From: Chloroflexota bacterium
Lineage (GTDB): Bacteria > Chloroflexota > UBA11872 > VXOZ01
Direction: 5' to 3'
DNA: 64,000 bases
Assembly: GCA_965221905.1 (NCBI GenBank)
Contig: OZ244922.1
Coordinates: forward strand, 2,112,001 to 2,176,000
Shown here in pieces: positions 27,494 to 37,671 of the stretch (position 1 is the stretch's first letter; each line of letters opens with the position of its first letter). The position numbers and the translations under genes were made by a program. The notes under the pieces are model-generated. The model did not search any database, had not been told where the DNA came from, and was given only the letters and a program-made list of their open reading frames with translations.

Positions 27494-29892
27494 TATCATC
27501 ACCCCTTGAAACTCCGTTTGCCGAGATTGCAGTGGACGTGCTCAACGTCCCTGCCGACAAAACTTATCACTACGCCATTCCCGATCACCTGCGAGACTTA
27601 GTGGCTCCTGGAATAATGGTGCTCGTGGGATTCGGGGACCGCATCATCGAGGGCCTCGTGGTATCCGGCAGCGATACGTCCCCTGTCGACGACGTCCGCG
27701 AAGTCATGGACGTCGTGGCCGAGAGTGCGCTCCTTACACCAGTGCAGATCGCGCTTGCCCGCCGAATATCCAGCTACTATCTCGCATCCCCCATGAAAGT
27801 CATAGGGCCCATGCTCCCGCCGGGCCTGCGCGAGCGCGTGAGGCGCTGGTCGAGACTGGACCCGCTTGTAGACTTGCCGGAGGACGTGGCTACTACCCCG
27901 AGAGAGCGCCTTTTCCTGGAAACGCTGCGGAGCGAAGGTGAAGTCGCTCACGACCGACTGAAGCAACTAGCCGGGCCGACGGTGTTCCCACGGATGCAGC
28001 GTCGCTTGGAGCGCCTGGGTGCGGTGCATCTGCGCGTCGCCTTGAACCCCGTTAAGCCGCCGCCCTTGAGAGACCAGTGGGTCGAAAGCCTTTCGTCCAC
28101 AAAGGAAGCCGAGCCGCTCTTAACGCGTATGCGATCACAGCGAAAGCTCCTGCGAGCCTTGGAGTCCTACGGCAAGGGCGTTTTGGTTCGCACCCTCCTC
28201 GAGGAGACCGGGGCGGGCGCGGCCTCGCTGCGCGCGCTGGAGGACAAAGGACTGGTGCGCCTCTCCACCCAGTATCGAAACAAAAGCGACGAAACGCAGC
28301 CAGGCGCATTGCCGCGACTGGGATCCCCTCAGCAACAACGCGCCTGGGAAGCCATTGCGGAGTTTATGTCTAGTAAAGACCAGCACTCTCCTGCTCATTC
28401 CATGGTAGTAATGTCCGGCTGTGCCGCGGGCGCCGACAACGAGACTTGGGCGCTCTACGCGCACGCTGTTGCGCAAGCGCACAAGAGCGGCTCCCAAGCA
28501 TTGATCCTTGCGCCAAATAACTATGCCGCGCAGCGGATCGCGCAAGCGCTCGAGAGCTTCTTCCCGGATCACGTGTTGCCCTGGCATGGTGCGTTGCGAC
28601 CGGCCCGACGCCGAGCCGCTTGGGAGCGGGTGCAGCGCGATGACCCGGTCATAGTAGTTGGTACACGTTCGGCGGTATTGCTTCCCTATCAGTCGCTCGG
28701 CTTGGTATTGGTCGACAATGAGCACGAAGACTCTTACAAGAACTCGGAGAGCCCCCGCTTTCATGCGGTTACCGCCGCCGGTTGGCTTGCAGAGAGTTTC
28801 GCCGCGCCCATGCTGCTGTTTTCGCATACGCCGCGCGTGACCACGTATGCTGAGGTTGAGAGCGGTCAGGCGCACTTCACCCGCGCAACTGACGTCACTC
28901 CCACCGCGAATATCATCGACATGCGCACTGCTCGCCACGTTGGACCCCGTCAGATCATCAGCCGCGAGCTACGGGACGCGATAACTAACGCACTTGAAGC
29001 ACGCCGGCCTGTGGTGCTGCTGCAGAACCGGCGTGGCGCTGCTACCCATGCGCTCTGCCCGAAGTGCGGGCATCTCATTCAATGCCGGAATTGCAGCGTG
29101 CCGCTGGTGCAGCATCGGGCGAGTGGGGTCATGCGCTGCCACCGTTGCGGCGCAGAATCGCCAATCCTTACACAATGCCCGCGGTGCGAGAACCAGCTTC
29201 GCTTTCGCGGCGTCGGATCACAAGCTGTAGAAATCGAGATGCGTCGAATCTTCCCTGCCGCCCGGATCGCGCGCTGGGATAGTGACGTGATGGGCGAAAA
29301 GGATGAATCAAACCCTCTAGCCGCTCTCCGAGAGGGCAAGCTGGACATCCTCATTGGAACCGCGGCCGTCCTAATCGAACCCTTGCCCGTCGGCCTCTAC
29401 GCCGTCGTATCCGCAGACACAGCGCTTCACTTGCCTGACTACCGGGCCTCGGAGCGGACATACCAACTCTTGCGGCGCATCGGTTTCATGGCTGCACAAG
29501 CGCAGGCAGAGATGCTCGTTCAAACGTACACACCTGAAAGCCTCCCCTTGCGCGCCTTGAAGATTGGTCGATACTTGTGGTTCTACCGCAAGAACGTCGC
29601 AGAACGAACAGGCGCTTTTCCTCCAAGTGTGGAAATGGCGGTCTTGCTTTACCAAGACCGCAATCTGGAGCGCGCCGCAGAATCGGCGGTCGCTTTGGTA
29701 CAATGTCTTCAGGAGACCATCGACCGTGACCGCCAGGCGGTCGAGCTCTTGGGACCGGCGCCCGCCTTTCCCGAACGTGTACGCGGGCTCTACCGTTGGC
29801 ATGTTATGGTGCGTGGCAGATGCATTCACGATCTCCTGGTTCACGTACCACCAGGGTGGATTATCGACGTAGACCCGGTCAGTGTGTTGTAG
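27469..29892 (+). CDS. priA: Primosomal protein N' (PriA) with degenerate helicase motifs; start may be GTG 27490
   Basis: N-terminal 3'-binding domain, VGTRSA, QNRRG, four CxxC pairs, LPDYRASER, LGPAPA, IDVDP. Confidence 0.9.
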   Translation: MSDLPARVISSPLETPFAEIAVDVLNVPADKTYHYAIPDHLRDLVAPGIMVLVGFGDRIIEGLVVSGSDTSPVDDVREVMDVVAESALLTPVQIALARRISSYYLASPMKVIGPMLPPGLRERVRRWSRLDPLVDLPEDVATTPRERLFLETLRSEGEVAHDRLKQLAGPTVFPRMQRRLERLGAVHLRVALNPVKPPPLRDQWVESLSSTKEAEPLLTRMRSQRKLLRALESYGKGVLVRTLLEETGAGAASLRALEDKGLVRLSTQYRNKSDETQPGALPRLGSPQQQRAWEAIAEFMSSKDQHSPAHSMVVMSGCAAGADNETWALYAHAVAQAHKSGSQALILAPNNYAAQRIAQALESFFPDHVLPWHGALRPARRRAAWERVQRDDPVIVVGTRSAVLLPYQSLGLVLVDNEHEDSYKNSESPRFHAVTAAGWLAESFAAPMLLFSHTPRVTTYAEVESGQAHFTRATDVTPTANIIDMRTARHVGPRQIISRELRDAITNALEARRPVVLLQNRRGAATHALCPKCGHLIQCRNCSVPLVQHRASGVMRCHRCGAESPILTQCPRCENQLRFRGVGSQAVEIEMRRIFPAARIARWDSDVMGEKDESNPLAALREGKLDILIGTAAVLIEPLPVGLYAVVSADTALHLPDYRASERTYQLLRRIGFMAAQAQAEMLVQTYTPESLPLRALKIGRYLWFYRKNVAERTGAFPPSVEMAVLLYQDRNLERAAESAVALVQCLQETIDRDRQAVELLGPAPAFPERVRGLYRWHVMVRGRCIHDLLVHVPPGWIIDVDPVSVL

Positions 29893-29922
29893 ACACTCAT
29901 TTTCAAGGCTGGAATAACCAAC

Positions 29923-30426
29923 GTGGCCGTGAGAAATGTTCTTCAGCTAGGCAGTGAAACACTGCGTGAGAAAGCCAAACCTGTTTCCAAGGGCATGCGG
30001 GGGCTGCGAAAGCTCACGGATGATATGTTCACCACCATGGACGACGCTTCGGGCGTGGGTTTGGCTGCTCCGCAAGTCGGCGTGCCTTTGCGCGTGATCG
30101 TAGTTGACGCCGATGAAGTACGGATGGCTCTCGTCAACCCTGAAATTGTCAAGACTTCGGAAGAGACTATCCTGGACGAGGAGGGTTGTCTTTCTTACGT
30201 CTCCTACTATGGCCCGGTGAGCCGGTATCAAAGCGTTGTCGTCAAGGGCAGGTCGCTCGAGTGGAAGAAGGTGCGCATCCGCGCTGAAGACCTCTTGGCG
30301 CGCGTATTTCAGCATGAGATCGACCACTTGAACGGTACACTCTTTGTAGATCGTGTCGAAGACCCTGAGGAAATCCGCCGCGCTGACCCTGAAGCGGAGC
30401 CGGAAACTCCAATCGAAGACTATTAG
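29923..30426 (+). CDS. def: Peptide deformylase
   Basis: GVGLAAPQVG, EGCLS, QHEIDHLNG. Confidence 0.97.
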   Translation: MAVRNVLQLGSETLREKAKPVSKGMRGLRKLTDDMFTTMDDASGVGLAAPQVGVPLRVIVVDADEVRMALVNPEIVKTSEETILDEEGCLSYVSYYGPVSRYQSVVVKGRSLEWKKVRIRAEDLLARVFQHEIDHLNGTLFVDRVEDPEEIRRADPEAEPETPIEDY

Positions 30427-30435
30427 GAAGTCGAG

Positions 30436-31434
30436 ATGCGTGTCATTTTTTGCGGCACCGCCGCTTTCGCCGTACCCAGCTTGCACGCCCTCGCGCAACA
30501 TCACGACGTTGTCCTGGTGGTGACCCAGCAGGACCGACCGGCAGGACGCGGCCGCAGACGGAAAATGCCGGCGGTAAAACAAGCGGCTGCCGAATACGAT
30601 CTCCCCGTCATACAGCCGCGCTCCCTGCGCAGGGATTCCGTGGTCTCAGAACTCGCGGCGGCGGCTCCCGACCTCATCGTCGTTGCAGCCTACGGCAAGA
30701 TACTGCCGGCGGCGGTTCTCGACCTGCCGCCGCGCGGGTGCCTGAACGTGCACGCTTCTCTCCTGCCCCGTCACCGCGGAGCTGCACCTGTGACCGCAGC
30801 CATTCTCGCCGGTGACCCTGAGACGGGCGTGACAATCATGCAAATGGACGAGGGTCTTGATACCGGCCCAATCCTCAGGCAACAATCACTGCGCCTTTCG
30901 GGAGAAGAGATCACGTCTGCATTGACAACTGCTCTTGCTCAGCTTGGCGCCGATCTCCTCATTCCAACACTCGATGAATTGATCGCCGGACGTGTCAAAG
31001 CACAAGCGCAAGATAGCGCCAGAGCCACGTATGCTCCGCTCCTGAGCAAAGATGACGGCATTGTGCAGTGGGATCAAGATGCAGAATCCATTTGTCGCCA
31101 TGTGCGAGCCATGCAGCCGTGGCCGGGTGCGGTGACGCTTTGGGACGATCGGCAGCTCAAAGTCCTTCGCGCGCGCGCCATAACGCGTGAGAATGATGAA
31201 GCGCCGGGCTCAGTAATCAGGCATCAGGAGAAGCTCGCCGTGGTCGCGGGCTCCGGAGTCGTCTTGCTTGAAGAAGTGCAACTGGCCGGCAAGCGGGCGA
31301 TGCCCGCCGCCGATTTCCTCCACGGCTACGATAGCATCATCGGCACGGTGCTCCGTGGGCCGGCATGGTATCATGACACTGAAACATCGGCAGTCTCCCG
31401 CGATGAAAGTGGTGCCGATTTACCTCCACAATAG
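30436..31434 (+). CDS. fmt: Methionyl-tRNA formyltransferase
   Basis: VVTQQDRPAGRG, AAYGKIL, NVHASLLPRHRGAAP, MDEGLDTG. Confidence 0.96.
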   Translation: MRVIFCGTAAFAVPSLHALAQHHDVVLVVTQQDRPAGRGRRRKMPAVKQAAAEYDLPVIQPRSLRRDSVVSELAAAAPDLIVVAAYGKILPAAVLDLPPRGCLNVHASLLPRHRGAAPVTAAILAGDPETGVTIMQMDEGLDTGPILRQQSLRLSGEEITSALTTALAQLGADLLIPTLDELIAGRVKAQAQDSARATYAPLLSKDDGIVQWDQDAESICRHVRAMQPWPGAVTLWDDRQLKVLRARAITRENDEAPGSVIRHQEKLAVVAGSGVVLLEEVQLAGKRAMPAADFLHGYDSIIGTVLRGPAWYHDTETSAVSRDESGADLPPQ

Positions 31435-31468
31435 GGCGAAGGGACGGGGAATTCCGCATTAGCGGTAC

Positions 31469-33157
31469 GTGAGGCATAGTCGAATGGATGATCCGCTAGG
31501 GTTGGGGCTTCCACCTACAGAGACTGAGATTCAGGTAACAGATGACATTGGAGCCCTGGTGAGTGTGATGCCACCGCGGATCCGGCGTTCCTTGGAAGCA
31601 ATCGATGACGCGTCCGACCTGCTTGAAATTGTCCTGGATCTTGGACGAAAACCGGAAGCGCGCTTTCTCAAGCGTGAAGCTGTCCTCGACGACAGAGAAC
31701 TGACGGCAGACGACATTACCTTCGTCATTTCTCGGTTGGGTGCATTCACAAACGATAACCGCGCCGGCATTCCTCGGACGCTTCACCGCATTTCAGCCAT
31801 CCGCAACCGCAGGGGAGACATCGTCGGCCTGACTTGCCGCATCGGGCGGGCCGTGTTCGGAACGATTGAGATCATTCGCGACCTGGTTGAGACCGGCAAA
31901 AGCCCGCTGTTGCTAGGCAGCCCGGGCGTGGGGAAGACAACGCTCCTGCGCGATGTTGCCCGCGTGCTTGCCGACGAATTGCACAAACGCGTAGTGGTAG
32001 TAGACACTTCTAACGAGATTGCAGGCGACGGTGACATTCCCCATGCCGGTATCGGTCGGGCGCGCCGTATGCAAGTGCCGAGCTCCACTGACCAACACAA
32101 GGTCATGATAGAGGCGATCGAGAACCACATGCCCGAAGTCATCGTGATCGATGAAATTGGGACGGAGTTGGAAGCCGCTGCTGCGCGTACTATAGCTGAG
32201 CGCGGAGTCCAGCTCGTGGGCACTGCGCACGGAAATACATTAACTAACTTGATGCAGAACCCAACGCTATCCGATCTCATCGGAGGCATCCAGTCCGTAA
32301 CGCTCAGTGACGAAGAGGCGCGGAGACGACGCTCGCAAAAGTCTGTGCTGGAGCGCAAGGCCCCGCCCACCTTCCAGTTCCTGGTTGAAATCAAGGGTTG
32401 GCACCACATGATCGTGCACCATGACATCGCCGAGACCATAGATAGCCTCCTGCGCGGACGGCCTATTGCCGTGGAGGAGCGCGTTCGTGGGCATGACAAT
32501 AGCATTGAATCTACGAAACATACAATTGCGCCCCCGAAGAGCATTCGCTCGCAAGAACTTTGGGATCCTCAGGAAGGCGAAGCCAGGGAGCAACGAGGGC
32601 GGCCCGAGCCAAACTATAATGGTCGGTCTCGCATGCCTGAATCTCAGCTCATTCCCAATCACTGGACTGAAGAGGCCAATGAAGAAGCACCGCAGCGCGA
32701 CCCAGTCTCAATCTTTCCATTTGGCGTAAGTCGCAGACGCTTGGAAGATGCGGCACGCAACCTGGCGGTGCCGGCTTGGGTCACCGAAGACTTGGATGCG
32801 GCCGACGTGGTTCTGACGCTCAAAAGCTACTACCGTCAGCGTACCGGCCCCTTGCGCCAAGCGGAGGAGAAGGAAATTCCTATCTTCGTGCTAAGAAGTA
32901 ATGCACAGTCTCAAATAAACCAGAGCCTTGCCAGCATCTTCGATCTCAACACCCGCCACTCGATGGAAGAGAACGAAGACCTTCGCCTTGCCGAGGCGGC
33001 AGTGCAGGAAACCTTGCACACGTCGCAACCGGTTGATCTGCCGCCGGCCAATTCCTATATTCGCCGTCTTCAACATGAGCTTGCTCAAAAGTCCAAGCTT
33101 GGCTCCCGCAGCTATGGCAAAGAACCGAAGCGTTGGGTACGTATTCACAAACCCTAA
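31469..33157 (+). CDS. SpoIIIAA/Ycf45-like AAA ATPase with C-terminal R3H domain (start may be ATG 31484)
   Basis: [52 protein letters not shown]. Confidence 0.9.
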   Translation: MRHSRMDDPLGLGLPPTETEIQVTDDIGALVSVMPPRIRRSLEAIDDASDLLEIVLDLGRKPEARFLKREAVLDDRELTADDITFVISRLGAFTNDNRAGIPRTLHRISAIRNRRGDIVGLTCRIGRAVFGTIEIIRDLVETGKSPLLLGSPGVGKTTLLRDVARVLADELHKRVVVVDTSNEIAGDGDIPHAGIGRARRMQVPSSTDQHKVMIEAIENHMPEVIVIDEIGTELEAAAARTIAERGVQLVGTAHGNTLTNLMQNPTLSDLIGGIQSVTLSDEEARRRRSQKSVLERKAPPTFQFLVEIKGWHHMIVHHDIAETIDSLLRGRPIAVEERVRGHDNSIESTKHTIAPPKSIRSQELWDPQEGEAREQRGRPEPNYNGRSRMPESQLIPNHWTEEANEEAPQRDPVSIFPFGVSRRRLEDAARNLAVPAWVTEDLDAADVVLTLKSYYRQRTGPLRQAEEKEIPIFVLRSNAQSQINQSLASIFDLNTRHSMEENEDLRLAEAAVQETLHTSQPVDLPPANSYIRRLQHELAQKSKLGSRSYGKEPKRWVRIHKP

Positions 33158-33205
33158 GCGCGGCAGTAAGCTTATCACCAAGCACAGCCCTAAACGCAGT
33201 AACGC

Positions 33206-34288
33206 ATGACCAACCTTGACGACGATCGTTCGTTTGCCCTGCTCGACTCCGGCAATATGGCGGCCCAGATTGGGGAATTTCCCAGTGCCTGCGCTGCCGC
33301 CTGGGACCTGGCACAAAGGGTGTCGCTGCCTTCTGCCTACCAGGCTACGCGTTCGGTCGTAATGCTCGGCATGGGTGGGTCGGCGATAAGCGGCGACCTC
33401 GCGCGAACCCTTGGGTCGACTACGGCGACTGTGCCGATTGAAGTCGTGCGAGGCTATTCGATTCCAGGGTACGTGGACAGCCACACCCTTGTGATTGCCA
33501 TCAGCTTTTCCGGCAACACTGAAGAAACCCTTGCCGCTTTCGAAGCCGCTTCTCGCAAGGGTGCGTTACTGCTTGTCATTGCAAGCGGAGGCGAGCTCCA
33601 CCAGCGTGCCCGGGCAATTGGCATCCCGCACTATCCTATACGAAGTGTCAGCCAGCCCCGCGCCGCACTGCCGCATCTCTACATGCCCGTAATCCATGCC
33701 CTGACAACGCTCAATGTAATCCAATGCCGCGCTGCACAAGTCACGAGTGCCATTGAATACGTTGCAACGCACGCTAAGGTTCTTGCCGCTGCCGCGCCGG
33801 AACGGTTGAACCCGGCCAAGCAATTGGCGCGAACACTACATGGGCGCATCGCGAGCATCTATGGCGCGGAGTTTCTTGGAGAAGTGGCCCGGCGGTGGAA
33901 GACGCAAATCAACGAGAACAGCAAGCAGTGGGCCGAGTTTGAGCACCTGCCGGAAGCGAACCACAACGCTGTGGTTGGGTACACGAATCCAGCCGCGCTC
34001 ACCGACGCCTTGGGCGTCATTCAGCTTGGCTCATGCCTCTATCATGAACGCACGCGAATCAGGCTGCAGGTGACAAAAGAGCTACTCCGAACCGCAGGAA
34101 TAGCCAACGAAACGGTAGAGGCACAAGGTCCAACGCCCTTGGCGCAACAACTCTACGCCATCCTGCTGGGCGACTACGTCAGCTACTATCTCGCCATGCT
34201 CAATGGTGTAGACCCTACGCCGGTTGCTCCTCTTGATCACGTCAAGGCCGTATTAGTAAGAGCCACAGAGGGTGATACTACAGTTTGA
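33206..34288 (+). CDS. Bifunctional phosphoglucose/phosphomannose isomerase
   Basis: GMGGSAISG, SFSGNTEET, QPRAA, RWKTQINENSK, PEANHN. Confidence 0.93.
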   Translation: MTNLDDDRSFALLDSGNMAAQIGEFPSACAAAWDLAQRVSLPSAYQATRSVVMLGMGGSAISGDLARTLGSTTATVPIEVVRGYSIPGYVDSHTLVIAISFSGNTEETLAAFEAASRKGALLLVIASGGELHQRARAIGIPHYPIRSVSQPRAALPHLYMPVIHALTTLNVIQCRAAQVTSAIEYVATHAKVLAAAAPERLNPAKQLARTLHGRIASIYGAEFLGEVARRWKTQINENSKQWAEFEHLPEANHNAVVGYTNPAALTDALGVIQLGSCLYHERTRIRLQVTKELLRTAGIANETVEAQGPTPLAQQLYAILLGDYVSYYLAMLNGVDPTPVAPLDHVKAVLVRATEGDTTV

Positions 34289-34369
34289 AGGCCTTTGCAG
34301 ACAACAGACTCCGATAGCAAGGTGTAGTAGACTCTAGTTGCACCGAGAACCTGCCATCGGACGGTACTA

Positions 34370-35698
34370 ATGGCGACCAGGAGTCCTCAAAAAAGCACCG
34401 CTGCTACTAAGGATGCGAACAGGCTACGTCCCGAAGACAGGGCAGTCCACCAATGGTACCGGTTCGTTTTATCATTCCCTCCTCACCTAGTTCAGAACTA
34501 TTTGGATCGGCTCGACATCCACGGATCGGACACTGTCCTGGATCCATTCTGCGGCACTGGCACGACTTTGGTCGAGTGCAAGAAACTAGGTATTGCCAGC
34601 ATCGGGATTGAACCAAATCCGATGGCGCATTTAGCGAGTTCTTTGAAGGTTGACTGGTCAGTCGACAGTTCTGCACTCTTGGGCTACATGAACGAAGTCG
34701 CAGCCTCAATGAGAAGCGCCTTGGCCCAAGGTGATGTAGATTGCTTGAGTGATCTTCCTCTGTTCCAGAATAACGGGGCGTCACGAACCCAACTGAGGCA
34801 ACTCAGTCCTGAGCAGTCTAGATTACTGCTCAAGAACTCGATAAGTCCAATCCCCTTGCACAAGTCGCTGGTTCTCTTGGAAGCGATCGATCGGCATGGC
34901 GATAATCACCTCCGCCAATACGCACGGCTTGCGCTCGCGAACGCGTTGATTCACCACATTGGCAACTTGAGGTTCGGGCCGGAAGTGGGAGTAGGTCAGA
35001 TCAAGTACGATGCTCCAGTGCTAGATGCCTGGCTGAACTGCATGGGGGCAATCATTCAAGACATTCGCCTTGTTCAAGACAATGCCCATATTCCTGCTCA
35101 AGTACTCAAGGCCGACTCGCGAGAGGTTCACCAGGTATTGGAACCTGCCTCAATTGATGCCGTCATTACTTCCCCACCGTACCCTAACGAAAAGGACTAC
35201 ACACGAACCACGCGATTGGAGTCTGTCATCCTCGGACTAATACTGGACAAGAGTGAGTTGCGATCCCTAAAACTGGACCTAGTTAGATCCAATACCAGAG
35301 GAGTGTATAAGACAGACACCGACGACCAAGAGGTTTCTAAGAATGTTGAAGTACAGAACATAGCGAAGTCCATTGAGGAGCGTCGCGTAGAACTTGGCAA
35401 GACATCGGGTTTTGAGCGACTTTATCCGCGGGTCACACAACTGTATTTTGGCGGAATGATGCGGCACCTTGCTTCACTAAGATCTGTGCTGAAACCAAAG
35501 GCGAAGCTAGCCTATGTGGTAGGTGACCAGGCGTCATACCTAAGGGTAATGATTCGCACAGGGCAAATCATCGCTGATCTGGCTCGATCGTTGGGCTATG
35601 AAGTAACTGACATAGAGCTGTTCCGCACGAGGCCATCAACCGTCACAGGTATGCAACTTCGCGAAGAGGTCGTTCTGCTCGAATGGCCGGGTACCTGA
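34370..35698 (+). CDS. Amino-DNA methyltransferase (probably m4C, alpha motif order)
   Basis: DPFCGTGTT (motif I) near the N-terminus, ITSPPY (motif IV) later, YVVGDQ. Confidence 0.88.
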   Translation: MATRSPQKSTAATKDANRLRPEDRAVHQWYRFVLSFPPHLVQNYLDRLDIHGSDTVLDPFCGTGTTLVECKKLGIASIGIEPNPMAHLASSLKVDWSVDSSALLGYMNEVAASMRSALAQGDVDCLSDLPLFQNNGASRTQLRQLSPEQSRLLLKNSISPIPLHKSLVLLEAIDRHGDNHLRQYARLALANALIHHIGNLRFGPEVGVGQIKYDAPVLDAWLNCMGAIIQDIRLVQDNAHIPAQVLKADSREVHQVLEPASIDAVITSPPYPNEKDYTRTTRLESVILGLILDKSELRSLKLDLVRSNTRGVYKTDTDDQEVSKNVEVQNIAKSIEERRVELGKTSGFERLYPRVTQLYFGGMMRHLASLRSVLKPKAKLAYVVGDQASYLRVMIRTGQIIADLARSLGYEVTDIELFRTRPSTVTGMQLREEVVLLEWPGT

Positions 35699-35715
35699 CT
35701 TGCTAGGAGCTGAAA

Positions 35716-36507
35716 ATTCCTTCTCAGAACCGATATTCGGCAATCATTGAGGCGATTTTCGAGGCCAAGCATAATCTTGGCCAACGCGCAGTGGACTTCG
35801 AACGAGAGGACATCGTCACGTTCGCGGCAAAGTTAGGCATCGTCCTGCCGAAGAATCTAGGTGACTTAATTTACACATTCCGATATAGAACAGAACTCCC
35901 TAATAGCATTGGAACAACAGCACCTGATGGTGAAACCTGGATAATCCGTTCTGCTGGTCGGAGCAAATACCGGTTTGTTTTAGTTACTGACTCACCATTG
36001 TTACCTAATCCAAACCTCGCTGTAACAAAGGTGCCAGATGCGACCCCAGGAATAATTGTCAAGTACGCGCTCAATGACGAACAATCTGTCTTGGCTCGCG
36101 TCCGGTACAATAGGCTGATTGACATTTTTCTAGGCATTGCTTGCTATTCCCTCCAAAACCACCTACGGACGACCGTTGCCGGCTTGGGCCAAGTGGAGAC
36201 GGATGAAATGTACGTAGGCGTGGACAAGAGCGGCTCGCACTATGTTATTCCTGTTCAGGCCAAGGGCGGGAGCGATAGACTCAACCGGGTTCAGATTGAG
36301 CAAGACATTGCCGTCTGTAGCGAGAAGATGCCGTCCTTGCTCTGTCGGCCAGTTGGAGCACAATTCATGAAAGATGACTTGATTGCGCTCTTCGAGTTCG
36401 AGCAGCAAGGTGACGAATTCAACATAGCATCGGAGAAGCATTATCGCTTGGTATCCCCGGATGAAGTTACGGATGAGGACTTGGCGAAATATAGACGGAG
36501 ACTGTAG
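35716..36507 (+). CDS. Putative PD-(D/E)xK restriction endonuclease; probable start ATT 35716 (ORF track start GTG 35791)
   Basis: QVETDEMYVG...PVQAKG nuclease-like motif; directly downstream of the MTase; the frame is open back to 35707. Confidence 0.7.
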   Translation: MPSQNRYSAIIEAIFEAKHNLGQRAVDFEREDIVTFAAKLGIVLPKNLGDLIYTFRYRTELPNSIGTTAPDGETWIIRSAGRSKYRFVLVTDSPLLPNPNLAVTKVPDATPGIIVKYALNDEQSVLARVRYNRLIDIFLGIACYSLQNHLRTTVAGLGQVETDEMYVGVDKSGSHYVIPVQAKGGSDRLNRVQIEQDIAVCSEKMPSLLCRPVGAQFMKDDLIALFEFEQQGDEFNIASEKHYRLVSPDEVTDEDLAKYRRRL

Positions 36508-36702
36508 ATAGACGTGAAGGGCCGAATTGCAATTTTAAAGTTCGGTAATCTAGGACTTTCCTCTGTGAAAAGGCTTTGGATATAGCTAGTGTGATTCCAA
36601 AGGCTGGACCCACTTTGCGCTCTTTTGACAGTCGGATAGACCATTGATACACTTGCCACGAACCATAGCCGCTAACTTGCAGGATGGAGGAATCAAGCCA
36701 GC

Positions 36703-37638
36703 ATGGAGAGACACTGGAGCCACTACATGCACCTTGGGTTCGTGCATTTCATGCTCTTTCCGGAGGTGATGGGTGGAGACGGACCCATTATCGATTCACT
36801 GCGTCACTTGACGGCTGACGACTTCTTCCAAGTGGCTGAAATAACCCATATTGCTGATCCTGATGTTGCGAAAGAAGCCAAGGCCCTGAGCGAGACTACC
36901 AAACTCCACCTTGGTTTCGGCGCGCAGCCTATCCTCCTGCGCAATCAACTGAACCTTGCCAGCCTGGATGAGTCGCACCGTCAAGCTGTGGTGGCGCGGG
37001 TCAAGCGAGCTGTAGACGAAGCCTACGCGATGGGTATGCGCGTGCTCGGACTCTTCGACGGTCCTTCTTCATATCCCGGTGAAGAGTACAAGGCGCAAGC
37101 CCTGAGTGCATTCGCCGAGTCCCTCAAAGAAATCTGCTCCTATGCCGAGCAGCAGCGCACCGACTACACGCTCTGGATATCCCTGGAGCAATTCGACCGG
37201 GACATTGACAAGAAGAGCCTCGTAGGCCCAATTGAGGATACGCTCCCCCTCTGCAAAGCGGTCCGAGCCCAGTGCGGCAACTTTGGACTCTTAGTGGATC
37301 AGGGGCATCTTCCATTGCTGGGTGAGACACCGCAGGCTACCCTCTCTGCGGCACGTGAGTACTTGGGGCACATACACCTTGGCAGTTGCATTAAGAAACC
37401 GGGCCACGCGCTCTACGGTGACCAGCACCCGCGCTTCGGCCACGAGGACGGCGAAAACGACACTGCAGAACTTACTGAGTTTCTCCGCACCTTGTTTGAG
37501 ATTGGCTACTTTGACATGGTCGTGCCCACGGACAAACCACTCTGCACCTTTGAGTTGAAGCCCGCGCCCGGCGAGGATTCACTATCCGTCATGGCAAATG
37601 CCAAACGGACGTTCCAAGCAGCCTGGGCACAACTGTAG
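36703..37638 (+). CDS. Sugar phosphate isomerase/epimerase (AP-endonuclease-2 TIM barrel)
   Basis: SLEQFD, DQGHLPL, HIHLG, GDQHPRFG, TFELKP. Confidence 0.85.
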   Translation: MERHWSHYMHLGFVHFMLFPEVMGGDGPIIDSLRHLTADDFFQVAEITHIADPDVAKEAKALSETTKLHLGFGAQPILLRNQLNLASLDESHRQAVVARVKRAVDEAYAMGMRVLGLFDGPSSYPGEEYKAQALSAFAESLKEICSYAEQQRTDYTLWISLEQFDRDIDKKSLVGPIEDTLPLCKAVRAQCGNFGLLVDQGHLPLLGETPQATLSAAREYLGHIHLGSCIKKPGHALYGDQHPRFGHEDGENDTAELTEFLRTLFEIGYFDMVVPTDKPLCTFELKPAPGEDSLSVMANAKRTFQAAWAQL

Positions 37639-37671
37639 ACTTGATTGAGCAACGAGAAAGAGATGGAAGAC

